DNA of 63,790 bases, the filler included, from Limisphaerales bacterium (GTDB taxonomy: Bacteria; Verrucomicrobiota; Verrucomicrobiia; Limisphaerales; SIBE01), in assembly GCA_044225505.1 (NCBI GenBank). It is 8 parts of 8 records of this genome, joined end to end, with 100 filler letters (N's around TTAATTAATTAA, not from the genome) between each part and the next. Parts side by side here need not be neighbours in the genome. Positions count along the whole stretch, not along the records: positions 52,906 to 61,525 come from JBGAIN010000260.1; positions 61,626 to 63,790 come from JBGAIN010000340.1; 6 more parts are not named here. One strand, 5' to 3'. Every line of letters begins with the position of its first letter. Position 1 is the first letter of the stretch. Below, piece after piece: positions 59,497 through 63,790 of the stretch. The translations under genes and the position numbers were made by a program. Under the pieces are notes generated by a model. The model made no database searches. It saw only the letters and a program-made list of their open reading frames with translations, and was not told the DNA's origin.

Positions 59497-59766
59497 CCTG
59501 CACGCCTCGGTGACCGAAGCACAGCGGAAAGGTCCGATCGCCGGGTGCGGCAGATAGGTGGAATGGTGGAATTGAGTTGGAATGGACTTGCCGAGTTCAG
59601 TCGAGAGCCTATTCTCCAGAGTGGCTCGGTTGGCTTCGCCTCTGATCCCTAATGGCCCAGACCCAGGTTCAACTTAGCTGTTGCTGGATAAACCGTGTAA
59701 TTCATCGAAGGACGCTGCGGCCGCAGACAGCGGGTGGTGCCTTCTAACAAAACGACGGACCACAAT

Positions 59767-60249
59767 ATGGACTATCAAACCTGTTCTTCGGCCGAGGAGC
59801 CTTCGGCCGTACTTGCCAAAACGACATCCGACGCGGACGATCTCACGGGTTCCGAGAAACCATGCCGGAAATATCGACCTATTCTCGTCGCCATCGATTT
59901 CTCGCCGGCATCCCGACGTGCGCTCGACATAGCTGTGACGTTGGCAGAACGACAGGAGGCACAGCTCGTGCTTGTGCATGTCGTGAAGTCTTGCGTATAC
60001 GCGACGCACCTGGGCCGGACCCCAGCGGATCTGGCATCCGTGGCGCCTCCCGTCAAGCAGCGCCTTGAAACGTGGGCAGCCGAGGCTATACCGGCGCGTC
60101 TTCTCTCCCGGACCGCTCTGTTCGGTCGTAGCGTCCTTTCACATGAGATCCGTGACGCGGCGCAGAAGCTGCGTGCGGATTTAGTCAGCTGTCAACCCGA
60201 TGAGACGCTGCACGTCAATGCGTTTCCGCCCTCCCGTCGTTCAGACTGA
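59767..60249 (+). CDS. Universal stress protein, C-terminally degenerate
   Basis: ILVAIDFSPASRRAL...LVLVHVV...EIRDAAQKLRADLV, then the usual G-x-x-G...GS motif is absent. Confidence 0.7.
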   Translation: MDYQTCSSAEEPSAVLAKTTSDADDLTGSEKPCRKYRPILVAIDFSPASRRALDIAVTLAERQEAQLVLVHVVKSCVYATHLGRTPADLASVAPPVKQRLETWAAEAIPARLLSRTALFGRSVLSHEIRDAAQKLRADLVSCQPDETLHVNAFPPSRRSD

Positions 60250-60370
60250 CAGATCGACACAGGACAGATCAAGACTGAGCCAGGCTTCTTACCGGATAGT
60301 TACTCGGCAGAGCATCGCATCTCCCCGTTAACCGGCTTTCTGCAGGTCTTGCCTACGTCCTTTCATCATT

Positions 60371-61525
60371 ATGAATAACCGATTTCTTGGCGCCCGGTGC
60401 CGGAAGGGACAGGGCTGCGAATTCCGGGTCTGGGCGCCCTCTGCAAAAAAGGTTGAAGTTCTGATCAGTAGTCCAGTAAACCGCTTGATCGAAATGGAGC
60501 GTCAGGAAAGGGGCTACTACCATGCCTGCTTGACAGGTGTGGAGCCCGGCGCGCGCTATCGTTTTCGCCTGGACGGCCAGCACGAGCGTCCGGATCCTGC
60601 ATCTCATTACCAGCCTGAAGGGAGCGTCCGGATCCTGCATCTCATTACCAGCCTGAAGGGGTCCACCTGGCATCAGAGGTGGTGGATCCTATCTTTGACT
60701 GGCATGACGACCATTGGTTCGGCTTACCGTTGCGGGACTTTATCATCTACGAGTTGCACGTCGGAACATTCACAATCGAGGGCACTTTCGACGCAGTTAT
60801 CCCACGGCTGGCAGATCTCAAAGACTTGGGCATCACCGCCGTGGAGCTCATGCCGGTAGCCCAGTTTCCCGGCGATTGGAATTGGGGCTATGACGGTGTC
60901 TATCCGTTTGCGGTCCAGAATACGTATGGCGGTCCGCCAGGTCTCAAGAGGCTCGTCGACGCGGCTCATCAGGCGGGCCTGGCAGTCATCCTCGACGTCG
61001 TCTACAATCATCTTGGGCCCGAAGGCAACTACCTGGGAGAGTACGGCCCATATTTTACCGACCGTTACCGGACGCCATGGGGGCATGCGCTCAATTTTGA
61101 CGGAGCCGGCAGTGATGAAGTTCGGCACTATTTCATCGAAAACGCGCTTTACTGGCAAACTGAGTTCCATGTCGACGCGCTTCGCCTGGATGCCGTCCAC
61201 GCCATAGTTGACAACTCCGCAGTGACATTCCTGGAAGATTTGGCGAAGGCGACTCGACGGCAGAGCGACCGTTTGAATCGCCGCTTTCATCTGATCGCCG
61301 AGAGCGATCTGAACAATCCGAGAATCATCCTGCCTCAATCAATGGGAGGTTACGGAATGGACGCCCAGTGGAATGATGATTTCCATCATTCGGTGCATGC
61401 TCTTTTGACCGAAGAAACCCATGGCTATTACAAGGATTTCGGCGGGATCGACCTTTTTTCGCAAGTGCTCCGGGACGGCTTCGGCTACGTTAATCAATAC
61501 TCTCCGCACCGCGACCGGAGGCACG
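60371..61525 (+). pseudogene. treZ: Malto-oligosyltrehalose trehalohydrolase, frameshifted by a 38-bp duplication and 3'-truncated by the contig end
   Basis: [68 protein letters not shown], split across two frames. Confidence 0.88.
60584..60659 (+). repeat. Perfect 38-bp tandem duplication
   Basis: GAGCGTCCGGATCCTGCATCTCATTACCAGCCTGAAGG at 60584-60621 and 60622-60659. Confidence 0.97.
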
Positions 61526-61625
61526 NNNNNNNNNNNNNNNNNNNNNNNNNNNNNNNNNNNNNNNNNNNNTTAATTAATTAANNNNNNNNNNNNNNNNNNN
61601 NNNNNNNNNNNNNNNNNNNNNNNNN
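61526..61625. other. Artificial contig linker
   Basis: N44-TTAATTAATTAA-N44. Confidence 0.99.
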
Positions 61626-62206
61626 GCCTCTCGCTTCCCAATGGAGGGGAGATTAGCTGGAGCCTGCCGGGCTCGACAAGAATAGGTGATTCGACCGGAG
61701 ACTCACCAGCCTACGATCCGGTTTTTTCTCGTCCGATTGGCCGTGACGGAAAGCCATACGACCGAGTTAGATTGCGTCCGCTCGGGGCTGAAATTAAACG
61801 ATCAGAAACAAACCTTATAGCGACCGGGAGCATCCCGATCCTCGTTCATGCCCGACCATGGTCCGGACAGCCTCAAGCATCGGCATTACGACTTATCGTC
61901 GATGGTGTGAACTACAATAATATCGCGTTCGAGGGTGAAATCGAACCAACGCTGGGAACCCCTCTTTCGGTAATCATAAACTCGTCTTTCCATCGCGATT
62001 TTTGCCAGTGGGCACTGCCCGTCGTAAACCCGAGGCGAAGTGTAGAGATAGTTCTGGTTAATGGCCTTCCCGGCACGACGGTTTCGCTCGCGAATGTGAC
62101 GTATACAGGGGTTAAAGGCGCGAGCGGCGTTACCGCCACTGGGTACGAGGTCCGCGTGGCGGCTGACGGCTTGCCTTACGAAGTGATTACCATCGAGAGG
62201 AACTGA
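61626..62206 (+). CDS. Hypothetical protein (5'-truncated)
   Basis: Frame open from the contig edge to TGA 62206, which overlaps the next ATG (TGATG). Confidence 0.6.
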
Positions 62207-63790
62207 TGATTCCGGTATTCCTGGCCGTCATCCTTTTGGGCTGCAGTTTTGTCGCCAGCGCCTCGACGCGAACCAGCGCCAGCTACACGCTGGTCACAGA
62301 GTCACCGAACGCCGGGGGAGCGGGGTTTTCGTCCAACTACGCCCAACGCAGCGCCGTCGAGATCGTCACTAGCTACAGCACCGCTACGATTCCCGATACC
62401 ACCAGCCGATTCATCTACCATGGTTTCATTCCACAACTCGACTCGCCACTTTTCGCCCTCGCCGATCTCGCGGTGAGTCTTGCGGCGTCGCCGATTCTTT
62501 CCTCTCCCCAGGAACAGGTTACGTTCTCGGGAACCGTGACCAATCAAGGGCCGGATGCTTCCCCCGGTGTGACCCTGACTGTTACACTGCCCGCGAACGT
62601 CGTGTTCAATGGTGCGAATCTGGGTCAAGGAATTGCGACACTCTCCGGCAACATGATCCATTGCGAGCTTGGGACAATCCCGTCTGGTGGTGTCGTTGAC
62701 TATTCGATTCAAGTGACGCCTACTGCAAACGGAGCTGCGCTGGTCACCGCTTCCGTGGCCGCTGAGGCCGTCGATTTGTTGGCTGCCAATAATTCAAGTT
62801 CAGCGCAATGCTCTATCCTTACCGCTGTTCATTTTACCCGTCCCGGCGGTGGATCCTGGTACGTCCCGGCCAACTGGACGCCCTCCGTGGTGCCAGGCAC
62901 AAATCACATTGCCGTCATCGACGATGACATTGTGGACTTTTATGACGCGGACGCGACTGTGGCTGGGCTGATCCTGACCGGCGGACGGATTGGCGGCGCC
63001 CACAGGTTGACCGTGACTACGCTTGCCGAGTGGTCGGCTGGCGAACTTCAAAGTTTAATGGCGTTGGTCATTGCGCCGGGGGCGACGCTGCGCATCACCG
63101 GCGGCTCAAACGTCAACTTGCGTACCGGCTCAGGAATTGAAAATCACGGCACCGTTCGCCTGGAATCCACCGCTCTGCTAAGCGCCTTCGGAGCATGGGT
63201 AACCAACCATGGTGTCTTCGAGGTAGTAGGGAATCCTTCTCTGTACCGATTTCAGGAATCCGCTTTCATCTTCCAAAACTTGCCCGGGGCCGTCTTTCGC
63301 AAGGCTGCGGGCGTGGGAACCTCCACCATTCCTGTTTCTTTTCTCAATGAGGGCCTGGTCGAGGTGCTCTCCGGCTCGGTGGATTTCAACGGCGCCTTCG
63401 TGAACGGCGGTTTCAGCCTGGTCAATAGTGGCGTTATGCGCGCGGCGGCGGGCACCGAGGTGCGCTATACCAAAGCCAACAGTTTTCAGCACGGGACCGT
63501 TTTTGAAGGACCGGGATCGCATCGCGTGATCGCCGCGTCGATGGGACCAGGAGATGGCAGCGAATTCCTTGGCATGATTCAGGGCGACTTTGAAATCGCC
63601 AATGGCCGCATGGCGGGCACCTTTACCAATACAGGGCATCTCACATGGACCGGTGGCAACTTCCAGAGGGCTTTTGATTCCATGACGGTCGCCCCGGGAG
63701 GCGCGCTCACCCTTTCAGGGGGCGGAGTTCGCATCCTCGCAAATAGTTACGGAATTCGGAATTTCAGCGTTTTGCGGCTTGCGGGCGCCT
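62206..63790 (+). CDS. Large secreted protein with a DUF11 domain and beta-helix/autotransporter-like repeats (runs off the window; absent from the ORF track)
   Basis: Signal peptide MIPVFLAVILLGCSFVASA; ADLAVSL...TVTNQGPDASPGVTLTVTLP...ANNSSS (DUF11); WYVPANWTPSVVPG; Gly/Asn-rich strands; no stop seen. Confidence 0.85.
   Translation, partial: MIPVFLAVILLGCSFVASASTRTSASYTLVTESPNAGGAGFSSNYAQRSAVEIVTSYSTATIPDTTSRFIYHGFIPQLDSPLFALADLAVSLAASPILSSPQEQVTFSGTVTNQGPDASPGVTLTVTLPANVVFNGANLGQGIATLSGNMIHCELGTIPSGGVVDYSIQVTPTANGAALVTASVAAEAVDLLAANNSSSAQCSILTAVHFTRPGGGSWYVPANWTPSVVPGTNHIAVIDDDIVDFYDADATVAGLILTGGRIGGAHRLTVTTLAEWSAGELQSLMALVIAPGATLRITGGSNVNLRTGSGIENHGTVRLESTALLSAFGAWVTNHGVFEVVGNPSLYRFQESAFIFQNLPGAVFRKAAGVGTSTIPVSFLNEGLVEVLSGSVDFNGAFVNGGFSLVNSGVMRAAAGTEVRYTKANSFQHGTVFEGPGSHRVIAASMGPGDGSEFLGMIQGDFEIANGRMAGTFTNTGHLTWTGGNFQRAFDSMTVAPGGALTLSGGGVRILANSYGIRNFSVLRLAGA

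Overview
This window is not one continuous locus. It is eight contig pieces (the complete ones about 8.6-9.1 kb) joined by artificial 100-nt linkers (44 N + TTAATTAATTAA + 44 N). The DNA is GC-rich and most likely from a Verrucomicrobiota/PVC-group genome bin (inference from three DUF1549/DUF1553 cytochrome-c genes, two DUF1501 genes, a PVC-type membrane dehydrogenase and PVC-style short repeats). Recognisable content includes rpsB-tsf, bamD-lptE, catalase HPII, a trehalose/stress cluster (TPS/TPP fusion, two-component system, rnk, USP, frameshifted treZ), glycosidases, a sulfatase and very large secreted proteins. I saw no rRNA, tRNA, CRISPR array, transposase or phage gene. Best leads: (1) a 5'-truncated gene whose C-terminal ~300 aa follow peptide-chain release factor 2 motif by motif but lack both GGQ and SPF; (2) a ubiquitin-like MoaD/ThiS gene tightly coupled to a cytoplasmic His/Cys-motif beta-propeller with no E1 or MoaE on the contig; (3) a 372-bp tandem element with 29-bp inverted arms; (4) an Ig domain split by a circularly permuted malectin-like insert; (5) a 38-bp duplication that frameshifts treZ among several gene remnants. 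All family calls come from reading motifs by eye; no database search was run.
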